Assembly (NCBI GenBank): GCA_043821365.1
Contig: JBDRCX010000006.1
Coordinates: 711,417-775,416, forward strand
DNA: 64,000 bases
Direction of reading: 5' to 3'
Source: Candidatus Micrarchaeota archaeon
Lineage (GTDB): Archaea > Micrarchaeota > Micrarchaeia > Anstonellales > Bilamarchaeaceae
The translations under genes and the position numbers were made by a program. Shown here in pieces: positions 45,347 through 54,926 of the stretch (the stretch's first letter is position 1; the number at the start of each line of letters is the position of its first letter). A model generated the notes under the pieces. That model ran no database searches and was not told the origin of the DNA. It worked only from the letters and a program-made list of their open reading frames with translations.

Positions 45347-47263
45347 ATGACGAATCTAACTGAAAAAATTATCAAAGAACATCTAAAAGAAGGAGAAATG
45401 AAAACTGGCCAGGAAATTGGAATAAAAATCGACCAAACACTAACCCAAGATGCTACAGGAACTATGGCTTTTTTAGAATTTGAAGCTATAGGTCTACCGA
45501 GGGTTAAAACTGAGACAGCAGTTAGCTATGTTGATCATAATACTCTTCAAACTGATTTTAGAAACCAGGATGATCATCTTTATCTTCAAAGTGTTGCAGC
45601 AAAATTTGGTGTTAATTTTTCAAGAGCAGGTAATGGTATCTGTCACCAAGTTCATTTAGAAAGATTTGCAGTTCCTGGAAAAACAATTCTTGGAAGCGAT
45701 TCACACACACCAACTGCAGGTGGCATTGGTGCAATTGCAATTGGTGCAGGTGGTCTTGATGTTGCAATTGCAATGGGGGGCGGTTCATTCTATTTAGAGA
45801 TGCCTAAGGTTATAGGTGTAAAATTAATCGGCAAACTCCCAGAATGGAGCTCTGCAAAAGATGTTATCTTAGAATTATTACGAAAACTCACAGTGAAGGG
45901 CGGGGTTGGTAAAGTATTCGAATATTTTGGTCCTGGAGTTGAAACATTGTCTGTTCCTGAACGTGCAACAATAACCAATATGGGTGCAGAACTTGGTGCA
46001 ACAACAAGCATTTTTCCAAGTGATCAAATAACTTTTAAATATTTGAAAATGCAACAACGTGAAAAATTCTGGAAAGAATTGAAGGGAGATGGTAGTGAAG
46101 ATTATTCTGAAATAATAGAACTTGATCTAAGTAAAATCGAACCACTTTTAGCAAAACCACACTCTCCAGATGCAGTTGTTTCTGCAAAAGAACTGAAAGG
46201 TACAAAAGTTACTCAAGTGATCGTTGGTTCATGTACTAATAGTTCATACAAGGATCTTATGACAGTTGCAGCAGTTGTAAAAGGTAAAAAGGTTCATCCA
46301 GATGTTAGTTTTGCAATTGTTCCTGGTTCAAAACAAGTTTATGAACAAATAGCTAGAAATGGTGCGCTTGCAGATCTTATTGCAGCAGGTGCGAGGATTC
46401 TTGAAAGTGCATGTGGTCCTTGCATTGGTATGGGTCAGGCACCATCAAGCGAAGGAGTCAGTATACGTTCGTTCAACAGAAATTTCAAAGGAAGATGTGG
46501 AACTCCGAATGCATTTGTCTATCTTGCATCACCAGAAGTCTGTGCTGCATGTGCATTAAAAGGAGAAATTACAGACCCAAGAGAACTTGGTGCTGCACCA
46601 AAAATAGAATGGCCGGAAAAAATAGATGTAGATGATTCAATGATTATCCCTCCATCAAATGGCAGTGTTGAAGTGGTCAGAGGACCAAACATTAAACCAT
46701 TACCAGATATGAAGCCATTAGAAAACTCTTTCCAAAAAGAAGTTTTGCTAAAACTTGGAGATAATGTAACTACTGATCACATTATGCCAGCAGGTGCAAA
46801 AATTCTTCCATTAAGAAGCAACATCCCAGCAATAAGTGAATTCGTCTTCAGTGCTGTTGATCCAGAGTTTGTTTCAAGAGCAAAAGAAAAACAAGGAGGA
46901 ATAATTATTGGTGGAGATAATTATGGTCAGGGAAGTTCTCGCGAACATGCTGCAATTGCTCCTCTTTATCTTGGCATTAAAGCAGTTATAGTGAAGAAAT
47001 TTGCAAGAATCCATAAAGCTAATTTAGTTAATTTTGGAATTTTGCCATTAACATTTGCAGATCCTGCTGATTATGATAAAATAGAGCAGGGCGATGTGCT
47101 TGAACTTGATGGTATTGTGGATGGAGTGAATCGCGGTACAATAAAAGTAAAAAACACCACCAAAAATTACGAGTTTTCAACAAAATTTGATGCTACTAAA
47201 AGAAATACTGAAATGCTTTTAGCAGGCGGGTTAATTAACCTGACAAAAAACAAAGGAGAGTGA
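45347..47263 (+). CDS. acn: Aconitate hydratase (single-chain, ~640 aa)
   Basis: [23 protein letters not shown] and CGPCIG (Fe-S cluster ligands), plus a swivel domain with [14 protein letters not shown]. Confidence 0.9.
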   Translation: MTNLTEKIIKEHLKEGEMKTGQEIGIKIDQTLTQDATGTMAFLEFEAIGLPRVKTETAVSYVDHNTLQTDFRNQDDHLYLQSVAAKFGVNFSRAGNGICHQVHLERFAVPGKTILGSDSHTPTAGGIGAIAIGAGGLDVAIAMGGGSFYLEMPKVIGVKLIGKLPEWSSAKDVILELLRKLTVKGGVGKVFEYFGPGVETLSVPERATITNMGAELGATTSIFPSDQITFKYLKMQQREKFWKELKGDGSEDYSEIIELDLSKIEPLLAKPHSPDAVVSAKELKGTKVTQVIVGSCTNSSYKDLMTVAAVVKGKKVHPDVSFAIVPGSKQVYEQIARNGALADLIAAGARILESACGPCIGMGQAPSSEGVSIRSFNRNFKGRCGTPNAFVYLASPEVCAACALKGEITDPRELGAAPKIEWPEKIDVDDSMIIPPSNGSVEVVRGPNIKPLPDMKPLENSFQKEVLLKLGDNVTTDHIMPAGAKILPLRSNIPAISEFVFSAVDPEFVSRAKEKQGGIIIGGDNYGQGSSREHAAIAPLYLGIKAVIVKKFARIHKANLVNFGILPLTFADPADYDKIEQGDVLELDGIVDGVNRGTIKVKNTTKNYEFSTKFDATKRNTEMLLAGGLINLTKNKGE

Positions 47264-47267
47264 AATT

Positions 47268-48509
47268 ATGGTAGAATTTTCTGATTTGAAACCACTAGAA
47301 GGAAGTATTATTTCGATGAAAGATGGCAAGCTACATGTTCCGGACGATCCAATCATTCCAGTAATTGAAGGGGATGGAGTTGGAATTGATATTTCACCAG
47401 TTATGAAAAAAGTTGTTGATGCTGCAGTTCAAAAAGCATATGATGGCAAGAAAAAAATTGTCTGGTTTAAAATTCTTGCAGGAGATGAAAGTTTTAACAA
47501 ATACAAAAACTATCTTCCAGATGATACGGTTAATGCAGTAAGACACTACCTTGTAGCAATCAAGGGTCCACTTACAACACCAGTTGGTGGTGGTCATAGA
47601 AGTTTGAATGTCACATTGAGACAATTATTGGATTTGTATTGCTGTGTTCGTCCTGTTCGTTATTTTGATGGTGTTCCAGCTCCAGTAAAAGATCCAAAAA
47701 AACTTGATATTGTAGTTTTCCGTGAAAATACTGAAGATGTTTATGCAGGTATTGAATGGAAAGAAGGAACAGAAGAAGCAAAAAAAGTAATTGATTTTCT
47801 TAATACAACAATGGGAAAGAAAATTGCTGCAGATTCTGGTATTGGTGTAAAACCAATAAGTATTACCAGAACAAAAAGGCTTGTTGAAGCAGCAATTAAC
47901 TATGCAATCAAATACAATAGAAAAACAGTTACACTTATGCACAAAGGAAACATAATGAAATTCACCGAAGGTGCATTCCGTGAATGGGGCTATGAAGTTG
48001 CAAAAGAAAAATTCAGAGACAAAATTGTCACTGAAGAAGAAGTAAATAATGGTGCAAGTAAAGAAGGGAAAATCCTAATTAATGATAGAATAGCAGATAG
48101 CATGTTCCAGCAAGTTTTGTTAAGGCCTGATGAATATGATGTGATTGCAACAACCAATTTGAATGGTGATTATATAAGTGATGCTGCAGCAGCTCAAGTT
48201 GGTGGTCTTGGAATTGCTCCAGGTGGAAATATCAATTACAAGACAGGCCATGCATTCTTTGAAGCAACTCATGGCACTGCACCAAAACACGCAGGCCAGG
48301 ATAAAGTGAACCCTGGTTCATTGATTCTTTCTGCAGTCATGATGCTTGAGTACATGGAATGGACCGAAGCTTCAAATCTTATTCTGAAAGGTTTTGAAGA
48401 AACAATAAAACAGAAAATTGTCACCTATGATCTTGCACGCCAGACTGAAGGTGCAAAAGAAGTGAAATGTTCTGAATTTGGGGATACAATAATCAAGAAT
48501 ATGAGCTAA
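47268..48509 (+). CDS. icd: Isocitrate dehydrogenase (NADP-type)
   Basis: [46 protein letters not shown] and [11 protein letters not shown]. Confidence 0.95.
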   Translation: MVEFSDLKPLEGSIISMKDGKLHVPDDPIIPVIEGDGVGIDISPVMKKVVDAAVQKAYDGKKKIVWFKILAGDESFNKYKNYLPDDTVNAVRHYLVAIKGPLTTPVGGGHRSLNVTLRQLLDLYCCVRPVRYFDGVPAPVKDPKKLDIVVFRENTEDVYAGIEWKEGTEEAKKVIDFLNTTMGKKIAADSGIGVKPISITRTKRLVEAAINYAIKYNRKTVTLMHKGNIMKFTEGAFREWGYEVAKEKFRDKIVTEEEVNNGASKEGKILINDRIADSMFQQVLLRPDEYDVIATTNLNGDYISDAAAAQVGGLGIAPGGNINYKTGHAFFEATHGTAPKHAGQDKVNPGSLILSAVMMLEYMEWTEASNLILKGFEETIKQKIVTYDLARQTEGAKEVKCSEFGDTIIKNMS

Positions 48510-48518
48510 AGTGATCAT

Positions 48519-49778
48519 ATGTCAAGAAAAAAAATCAGAGAATATGATGCAAAGAAATTACTATCAAATAATCTGGCAAACTATGGCTACGAAATGAAGT
48601 TGGAAGTTGCACTTGCTGATCAAACATCAATTGATGATAATTTCACAAAACTCTCTGCTGAAAATCCCTGGCTTAAAACAAAAAAACTTGTTATCAAGCC
48701 AGATCAACTGATAGGCAAGAAAGGAAAGCACAACCTTGTTCTTTTGAATGCAGATTTTGATGCTGCTAAAAAATTCATAAAAGAAAACATGGGAAAAACA
48801 CTCGAAGTTCAGAAGATTAATGGTGTACTCACTCATTTTATTATTGAGCCATTTGTTGAGCATGGCGATGAGTATTTCTTGGCAATAATGTCAAAAAGAG
48901 ACCATGATGTTATTCTGTTTTCTGAGAAAGGTGGAGTTGATGTTGAAGAAAATTGGGATGCCGTCATGCATTTTGAAGTGCCAATTGATTCTGATGCCGA
49001 TTCAATTGAAATAAATATCCCTCTTCAAGGAGATAAAAAAGCAAAGATGATTTCATTTATCAAAGCACTTTACAAATATTCTGTTGATTTTGGCTGTACA
49101 TATATTGAAATGAATCCAATTTCATTTGACAAAAACAATGAACTAAAACCACTTGGTTTTGTTTGCGAACTTGATGATTGTGAATATTTCAAATGCGAAA
49201 CTAAATGGGATGGTTTAGAGTTCCCAGAACAGTTTGGAAGGAAAAAATACCAAGAAGAAGAATTTGTGACACAACTTGATGATAAAACAGGCGCATCACT
49301 CAAACTAACCGTAATCAATCCCGAGGGGAAAATCTGGCTTTTAGTTGCAGGTGGAGGTGCAAGTGTAATTTACACTGATACAGTTGTAGACCTTGGTTAT
49401 GGTAATGAGCTTGGTAATTACGGTGAATACAGTGGAGATCCTAATGAGGAAGAAACCTATCAATATTCAAAAACAGTTCTTGATCTTGCAACAAGGAAAA
49501 ACGGAAAAATTCTTCTAATTGGTGGTGGAGTTGCAAACTTCACCAACGTGGCTAACACATTCAAAGGAATAATCCGTGCATTAAGAGAAGCAAAAGAAAA
49601 ACTCAAGAAAAATAAAATGCAAATTTATGTTCGTAGGGGCGGTCCAAATTTTGAAGAAGGACTAAAAATGATGAAAGAACTTGGAAAAGAACTTGAAATT
49701 CCAATAGAAGTTTATGGTCCTGAAACACACATGACCAAGATAGTTGATCTTGCAGTAAATCATCTGAAGAGTGGTTAA
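48519..49778 (+). CDS. aclB: ATP-citrate lyase, ATP-grasp (beta/small) subunit
   Basis: MSRKKIREYDAKKLL, an ATP-grasp core and a CoA-ligase-like C-terminus. Translationally coupled to aclA by an 8-nt overlap. Confidence 0.85.
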   Translation: MSRKKIREYDAKKLLSNNLANYGYEMKLEVALADQTSIDDNFTKLSAENPWLKTKKLVIKPDQLIGKKGKHNLVLLNADFDAAKKFIKENMGKTLEVQKINGVLTHFIIEPFVEHGDEYFLAIMSKRDHDVILFSEKGGVDVEENWDAVMHFEVPIDSDADSIEINIPLQGDKKAKMISFIKALYKYSVDFGCTYIEMNPISFDKNNELKPLGFVCELDDCEYFKCETKWDGLEFPEQFGRKKYQEEEFVTQLDDKTGASLKLTVINPEGKIWLLVAGGGASVIYTDTVVDLGYGNELGNYGEYSGDPNEEETYQYSKTVLDLATRKNGKILLIGGGVANFTNVANTFKGIIRALREAKEKLKKNKMQIYVRRGGPNFEEGLKMMKELGKELEIPIEVYGPETHMTKIVDLAVNHLKSG

Positions 49779-51582
49779 TATGGATTTATTTTCAAAAAAC
49801 ACCGAAGCATTTGTATATAATCTCAAATCAAATCCAATTCAAAGGATGCTTGATTTTGACTTTATATGTAAAAGGGAAAAGCCAAGCGTAGCTGGAATTA
49901 TACAACCAGGAAATGATGGTTATCATAAGGCATTTTTCGGAACAAAAGAGATTCTCATTCCTATTTATTCAAACATATCAAAAGCCACTGCAGCACATCC
50001 AAATACAGATGTCATGGTTAATTTTGCGTCTTTTCGATCGGCCTATTCGTCTTCAAAAGAAGCTCTGGAATCAAAAACAATCAGAACAGTTGCCATAATT
50101 GCAGAGGGAATGCCAGAAAGAGAAGTAAGGCAGTTAATTACACTTGCAAAGAAAAATAATAAATTAATAATTGGGCCAGCAACTGTTGGCGGAATATCCG
50201 CAGGTGCATTTAGAATTGGAAATACTGCTGGAACAATAGACAATATAATTTCATGCAAACTTTATCGTCCTGGTCATGTTGGTTTTGTCTCAAAAAGTGG
50301 TGGATTGACAAACGAAATGTGCAATGTAATCGGAAGAACAACAGATGGAGTTTACGAGGCAATTGCAATTGGTGGCGACCGCTATCCAGGTTCAACTCTT
50401 CTTGAGCATATGTTGAGATTTGAAGGCAATCCGGAAATTAAAATGATTGTTGGTCTTGGAGAACTTGGTGGAGATGAGGAGTATGCAATAATTGATGCTA
50501 AGAAAAAAGGCCTTCTTACAAAACCAATAGTCATGTGGGTTGCAGGAACATGTGCAAAAATGTTCCCAGGTGAAGTCCAATTTGGTCATGCGGGTGCAAA
50601 AACAGGAAAACAGAGGGAAAGTGCTGATGCAAAAAATAAAGCATTGAAAGAAGTTGGCATCATAGTTCCAAATTCCTTCGAAGATTTTGACAAAACAATT
50701 GCAAACACCTTCAAATCACTTAATCTTCCTCCAATAAAAGAACCAGAAGTTCCAAAACTTCCAGTTGATTATTCAGTTGCAATGAAGAATTCAATGATCC
50801 GAAGACCGACAAATTTCATTTCATCAATAACTGATGATCGGAAAGATGAACCATACTATGCCGGTATTCCAATGAGCAAACTTGTTGAGGATAATTATAC
50901 AATTGGTGATGTAATTTCATTGCTTTGGTTCAAGAAAAAACTTCCCAAATATGCAACTAAATTCATTGAAACTTGTATAATCATAGCAGCTGATCATGGT
51001 CCAGCAGTTAGTGGTGCGCACAATTCAATAATAGCTGCACGTGCAGGTAAGGATACTGTTTCTGCACTATGTAGTGGTCTTCTTACTATTGGTCCGAGAT
51101 TTGGAGGTGCAATTGATGATGCCGCAAGATATTTCAAGGATGGATGTGATAGTAAGGTTCCTCCAGAAAAATTTGTTGAAAATATGAAGAAAAAAGGAAT
51201 TCATATACCTGGTATTGGACATAGGATCAAATCCGCCAAAAATCCAGATAAGAGAGTTGAGCTATTGAAGGAATATGTGAAGAAAAACTTCCCAACCCAC
51301 AAATATCTGGATTATGCACTTGCAGTTGAACAGGTAACTTTGAAAAAAGCAGATAATCTTATTTTGAATGTTGATGGCTGTATCGGAGTGTTATTTGTTG
51401 ACATGTTTGATTCATGTGATGAATTTTCAAAAGAAGAAGTTAATGAAATTGTGGATATTGGTTATCTCAACGGAGTGTTTGTTCTGGCACGAAGCATAGG
51501 CCTTATGGGGCATGTATTTGATCAGAAAAGATTGAAACAACCACTGTACAGGCATCCATGGGATGATATTCTATTTTTATAA
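49771..51582 (+). CDS. aclA: ATP-citrate lyase, alpha/large subunit (CoA-binding plus citryl-CoA lyase domains)
   Basis: SKSGGLTNE, the phosphohistidine loop QFGHAGA, and a citrate-synthase-like C-terminus GIGHRIKS ... LARSIGL.GH. Confidence 0.9.
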   Translation: MVNMDLFSKNTEAFVYNLKSNPIQRMLDFDFICKREKPSVAGIIQPGNDGYHKAFFGTKEILIPIYSNISKATAAHPNTDVMVNFASFRSAYSSSKEALESKTIRTVAIIAEGMPEREVRQLITLAKKNNKLIIGPATVGGISAGAFRIGNTAGTIDNIISCKLYRPGHVGFVSKSGGLTNEMCNVIGRTTDGVYEAIAIGGDRYPGSTLLEHMLRFEGNPEIKMIVGLGELGGDEEYAIIDAKKKGLLTKPIVMWVAGTCAKMFPGEVQFGHAGAKTGKQRESADAKNKALKEVGIIVPNSFEDFDKTIANTFKSLNLPPIKEPEVPKLPVDYSVAMKNSMIRRPTNFISSITDDRKDEPYYAGIPMSKLVEDNYTIGDVISLLWFKKKLPKYATKFIETCIIIAADHGPAVSGAHNSIIAARAGKDTVSALCSGLLTIGPRFGGAIDDAARYFKDGCDSKVPPEKFVENMKKKGIHIPGIGHRIKSAKNPDKRVELLKEYVKKNFPTHKYLDYALAVEQVTLKKADNLILNVDGCIGVLFVDMFDSCDEFSKEEVNEIVDIGYLNGVFVLARSIGLMGHVFDQKRLKQPLYRHPWDDILFL

Positions 51583-51610
51583 TTTTTATCTAATTATAAA
51601 AGGAGATTCA

Positions 51611-51634
51611 AAAAGAACCTTGGTTCTTTTTATT
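51611..51634. terminator. Bidirectional hairpin aaaaaGAACCttGGTTCttttt
   Basis: Near-copy of the 1886-1908 element. Lies between aclA (+) and a small minus-strand ORF. Confidence 0.5.
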
Positions 51635-51770
51635 TTACTGAATGGAAGTTCCCTTCTTTATCCCTTGTAAATATGTGTTGCTTATTTGCTTTACAGACAA
51701 AAACTCCTTTCTTTTCATTCATTGGAGACCAAAGTCCCTGAAATATATGACAATCCGGACATGCTGGCAT
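51630..51770 (-). CDS. 46-aa CPxC zinc-ribbon protein (paralog of 52587-52736)
   Basis: Manual translation: MPACPDCHIFQGLWSPMNEKKGVFVCKANKQHIFTRDKEGNFHSVK. GAGGTG lies 7 nt upstream of the ATG. Confidence 0.5.
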   Translation of the reverse strand: MPACPDCHIFQGLWSPMNEKKGVFVCKANKQHIFTRDKEGNFHSVK

Positions 51771-51885
51771 GGTTTAACACCTCATAAATTATTAAGTAAA
51801 AATGCACGGCATTTTTACACTTCAATTACTGGCCAAGAGTACTATTTCAATTACATTTAAAACATTTTCTAACCTGTTTGTTAGT

Positions 51886-52590
51886 ATGAGAGGCATTTTC
51901 GCTATTCTGGTTTTGGTTGTTTTATTCGGATGTTTAGTTCAGGAACCGTCAGTTCCACCTTCTGTACCTAACTCTACTATTCAACCTCCGGTACAGCAAG
52001 TAAATAATTCTCCAGCACAACTAACGTGCGAAGAATACTGTTATTCTGCAATTACTCCATCTTGTGATGGCAATTGGTCAATTAGCGGTGTTTATCCTAA
52101 TTGCAATTGTAATTTCGATTGTGTTGTTATATCAAATACAACTGAACCAAATATTACTGAACCAATTGAAGTGCCAGAAGCAAATTTTTCAGAACTTCTT
52201 GATATTGCTCTAGATAAAATAAGTGATGGATTTTATCTAAATCACAGCGGAACTTTTACTGAGAATAAATACACTTGGAGGAGAATGATTACCGATGGCA
52301 CAATCATTGATACAAGTACTCCCGAAGTTAAATTTAATGGAGTTTCAATGGATTCACTTCAATCATCAGGTTATTTCATTTTCCATGGTGATGATCTAAA
52401 AGAAGTTTATGGGGTTGCAATTTTCAATGATGAAGATCCATTTGAAGAATATGGTATTAATGATGGATTTGATGTTTATTATGTGCCAAAATTAATACAG
52501 AGAACTCTAATTGATTGTACTGTTTATAATAAAGAAAATCCGACTACTTTAGTAGTCGCATACTACTTCAAATGTGAAAATGAAGATTAA
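51886..52590 (+). CDS. Putative lipoprotein with an N-terminal Cys-rich segment
   Basis: MRGIFAILVLVVLFGC is lipobox-like. A Pro/Gln linker is followed by CEEYCYSAITPSCDGNWSISGVYPNCNCNFDC. The ORF track start at 51802 is unlikely. Confidence 0.6.
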   Translation: MRGIFAILVLVVLFGCLVQEPSVPPSVPNSTIQPPVQQVNNSPAQLTCEEYCYSAITPSCDGNWSISGVYPNCNCNFDCVVISNTTEPNITEPIEVPEANFSELLDIALDKISDGFYLNHSGTFTENKYTWRRMITDGTIIDTSTPEVKFNGVSMDSLQSSGYFIFHGDDLKEVYGVAIFNDEDPFEEYGINDGFDVYYVPKLIQRTLIDCTVYNKENPTTLVVAYYFKCENED

Positions 52591-52736
52591 ATTGATTTTA
52601 GGAATCCATCATTGCTTAATGTGAATTTGTGTGCTGGATTCGCACTGCATCTGAATTCATTCTCTGCTTTAGCCAAAGGTGAATTCATACCGAAACTCAT
52701 ACAACATTCCGGGCAACCTTTTACATATTCGCTCAT
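52587..52736 (-). CDS. 49-aa CPxC zinc-ribbon protein (paralog of 51630-51770)
   Basis: Manual translation: MSEYVKGCPECCMSFGMNSPLAKAENEFRCSANPAHKFTLSNDGFLKSI. GGTGGAG lies 9 nt upstream. Shares the pattern CP[DE]C-x4-G-x2-SP-x7-F-x-C-x-AN-x2-H-x-FT with the other copy. Confidence 0.5.
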   Translation of the reverse strand: MSEYVKGCPECCMSFGMNSPLAKAENEFRCSANPAHKFTLSNDGFLKSI

Positions 52737-52845
52737 GGGTATCTACTCCACCGATTGGGTTATCGGCATTCTACTGGTCATATTTTCCAACGAATATAAA
52801 CTATTTAAATCTATGTAATTTTTTATTAAATGTTAAGAAGTGTGT

Positions 52846-53550
52846 TTAGTTGCTTTTTCTGATACCATCCTCTAATTTTCTTAAGTTCTCCAAAATTACT
52901 CTTTTGGTATCATCTAAAAACCTTAAAACAAAATCAGTGTGTTCTGTTCCTTTGAATGCTCTGAAAACAGGACTGAGATGCAGTATCGTTTTGTGTATTA
53001 ATCTCAATACTCCTAACTCTAAAAATGTGGTTGCCCCAAACCAAAAATCAGATGCTAAATATGCTGCTAAAGTAGATAATGCTGCACAACAAACAAATGC
53101 ATATTTTGAAATTTTATCTTCGATTCTTCTGCGTTTTAATTTTTTATAATCATCATTCGGAATCGCTACAACTTCAAATTCTCCTTTTTCATTTCTTCTT
53201 GTCATTGTTGTTACATCTTTTGTTAATTGAACTGTAAAACCAAGTGAGGTTTCACCACTTGGTCCTTCACAAACAAAAAATTCTCTAGTTAAAGCACCTC
53301 TTTGCATACTTTGTTCTATGTCTTTTTCTAACGTTTTCTTTTTTTGATCAATCTCATCGATGGCCGTTGTTCTAGTTCTTTTTATATCCTCTACTATCCA
53401 TGTTGGGTAGTTGCGCATCTCACCTAATCTTTTCCACGTTCTAAGTCGTTGCCTAATGGTATCAAGTTTAACTCCTGTTTCTGGTAGATTTGCAAATCTA
53501 GCAACAGTGCTAGCACCTTCCACACGACCGAAAAAAATTGCTCTAACCAT
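52846..53550 (-). CDS. Hypothetical protein: possible N-terminal HTH plus a C-terminal hydrophobic segment
   Basis: GASTVARFANLPETGVKLDTIRQRLRTWKR is HTH-like by eye only. Also has a coiled central part and the TM-like segment YAFVCCAALSTLAAYLASDFWFGATTFL. Lies immediately downstream of tRNA-Arg. Confidence 0.5.
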   Translation of the reverse strand: MVRAIFFGRVEGASTVARFANLPETGVKLDTIRQRLRTWKRLGEMRNYPTWIVEDIKRTRTTAIDEIDQKKKTLEKDIEQSMQRGALTREFFVCEGPSGETSLGFTVQLTKDVTTMTRRNEKGEFEVVAIPNDDYKKLKRRRIEDKISKYAFVCCAALSTLAAYLASDFWFGATTFLELGVLRLIHKTILHLSPVFRAFKGTEHTDFVLRFLDDTKRVILENLRKLEDGIRKSN

Positions 53551-53591
53551 TTTAATCTATTTAATATAACTGAGTAGAAGTATTTAAAAAA

Positions 53592-53791
53592 CGCCCCAAC
53601 CGCGATTTGAACGCGGACTACAACCTTTCCTCCCCGAACCTTTTACAATCTTGAGGAAAACTATATTAAAAGGTCCGATCCAAAACAAATTATCAAAAAC
53701 AATCATCGTTTTACGACAATAGGTTCCAGTTCCATTCTTCCTAAAAACGGGGTCGCAGGGTCGTGTCATATCCAGGTTAGACTATTGGAGC
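53592..53791 (-). tRNA. tRNA-Arg(GCG) with a 126-nt canonical-position intron
   Basis: Minus-strand read: GCTCCAA TA GTCT AACCTGGATA TGAC A CGACC CTGCGA [126 nt] . GGTTG TAGT CCGCG TTCAAAT CGCGG TTGGGGC G. The intron ends pair (CCCCG...CGGGG). Confidence 0.8.
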
Positions 53792-53886
53792 ACCAACGAA
53801 CATATTTAAATATATAGCTTTTAAATTATTCCTGCATTTCATGTAGAGAAATCTATAGTTCTTAGAATGCTATAACCTTAGGTGGT

Positions 53887-54036
53887 TTGTTGAAACGATG
53901 TATAACATGTGGTAGAAATACTAAAGACTTTGCTGAATTTCCGTGTGCAGATTGTGGTGAAAAAGTAATTCGCTGTCATTACTGCAGAGAGAATAAAAAC
54001 AAATATAGCTGCAAGTGCGGCTTTGCTGGTCCGTAG
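53887..54036 (+). CDS. Small double zinc-ribbon protein upstream of EF-1 beta
   Basis: Manual translation from TTG: (M)LKRCITCGRNTKDFAEFPCADCGEKVIRCHYCRENKNKYSCKCGFAGP. Four CxxC-type pairs. AGGTGG immediately upstream. Archaea often have such a gene before EF-1 beta. Confidence 0.6.
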   Translation: MLKRCITCGRNTKDFAEFPCADCGEKVIRCHYCRENKNKYSCKCGFAGP

Positions 54037-54044
54037 GTGTATTA

Positions 54045-54311
54045 ATGTCTGACGATGAATATAATGTTGCTGCTCAAGTAAAAATATATGTTGAAAATCC
54101 AACGTTACTTGAAACTGTGAAAGTTGATATTGAAAAAGTAACCAAAGTCCAGAAATTCTGGGAGGAAGATCTTGGTTTTGGTATAAAAGTTTTGAAAGCA
54201 AATCTGCTTCTTAAAGACTCCGAGGGTGGAATGGATAAGCTTGAACAAAGCATCCGTGAAGTTAAAGGAGTTAGTGAATTGGAAGTTGAGAGTGTTACAA
54301 GGTTGGTGTGA
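54045..54311 (+). CDS. Translation elongation factor EF-1 beta
   Basis: 88 aa: MSDDEYNVAAQVKIYVENPT ... EDLGFGIKVLKANLLLKDSEGGMDKLEQSIREVKGVSELEVESVTRL. AGGTG SD upstream. The ORF track start at 54015 is too long. Confidence 0.85.
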   Translation: MSDDEYNVAAQVKIYVENPTLLETVKVDIEKVTKVQKFWEEDLGFGIKVLKANLLLKDSEGGMDKLEQSIREVKGVSELEVESVTRLV

Positions 54312-54313
54312 TC

Positions 54314-54922
54314 ATGGCAAAAAAAACAGAAAAAAAGCCTATTAAGAAAAAAGAAGAAAGTGATTCTTTTAGAGGTATAGTTCGTATTGCAGGTAAGGAT
54401 GTTAAAGGTGAAGTAAAACTTCAACGTGCTCTTTGTAGTGTAAGGGGAATTAGCCATACATTATCTGTTGCAGCAGCTCGTTTAATTGAAAAAGAACTTT
54501 CAATAGCCCCAACTCACAGAGTTGGTGACCTAACTGAAGAACAAATAGAAAAAATTGATCAACTTCTTTATTCTCTTCAAGATCATAATGTTCCTAAATA
54601 TTTAATGAACAGAAGAACTGATTTCAATAGCGGTAATGATAGACATGTTATTATGAATGATCTTATATTCGAAAACACACAAGACATAGAAAGAGAAAAG
54701 AAAGCATACAGCTGGACTGGCTATAGACATAACTATGGTCAAAAAGTTCGCGGTCAGAAAACCAGAAATACAGGCAGAACAGGTATGGCAGTCGGTGTGT
54801 TAAGAAAGGCAATTATAGCAGCTCAAGGTGGTGCTGCGGCTGCTGCTAAGCCAGCAGAAAAATCAGCAAAACCAGCAGAAAAAGCAAAACCAGCTGCTAA
54901 AGCAGCAGCAGATAAGAAGTGA
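54314..54922 (+). CDS. rps13: Ribosomal protein uS13 with Lys-rich N-terminal and Ala/Lys/Pro-rich C-terminal tails
   Basis: IVRIAGKDVKGEVKLQRALCSVRGIS ... YRHNYGQKVRGQKTRNTGR. The ATG at 54314 has GGTG 5 nt upstream. A GTG at 54308 is an alternative start. Confidence 0.9.
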   Translation: MAKKTEKKPIKKKEESDSFRGIVRIAGKDVKGEVKLQRALCSVRGISHTLSVAAARLIEKELSIAPTHRVGDLTEEQIEKIDQLLYSLQDHNVPKYLMNRRTDFNSGNDRHVIMNDLIFENTQDIEREKKAYSWTGYRHNYGQKVRGQKTRNTGRTGMAVGVLRKAIIAAQGGAAAAAKPAEKSAKPAEKAKPAAKAAADKK

Positions 54923-54926
54923 TTAA

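Noticed and set aside
53610-53650. GGGGAGGAAAGG in the tRNA-Arg intron resembling the RNase P RNA CR-I motif (GAGGAAAGUCC)
   Set aside because: The match stops before the UCC. No other RNase P conserved regions are nearby, and the segment is fully explained as the 3' part of the intron pairing with its 5' CCCCG.
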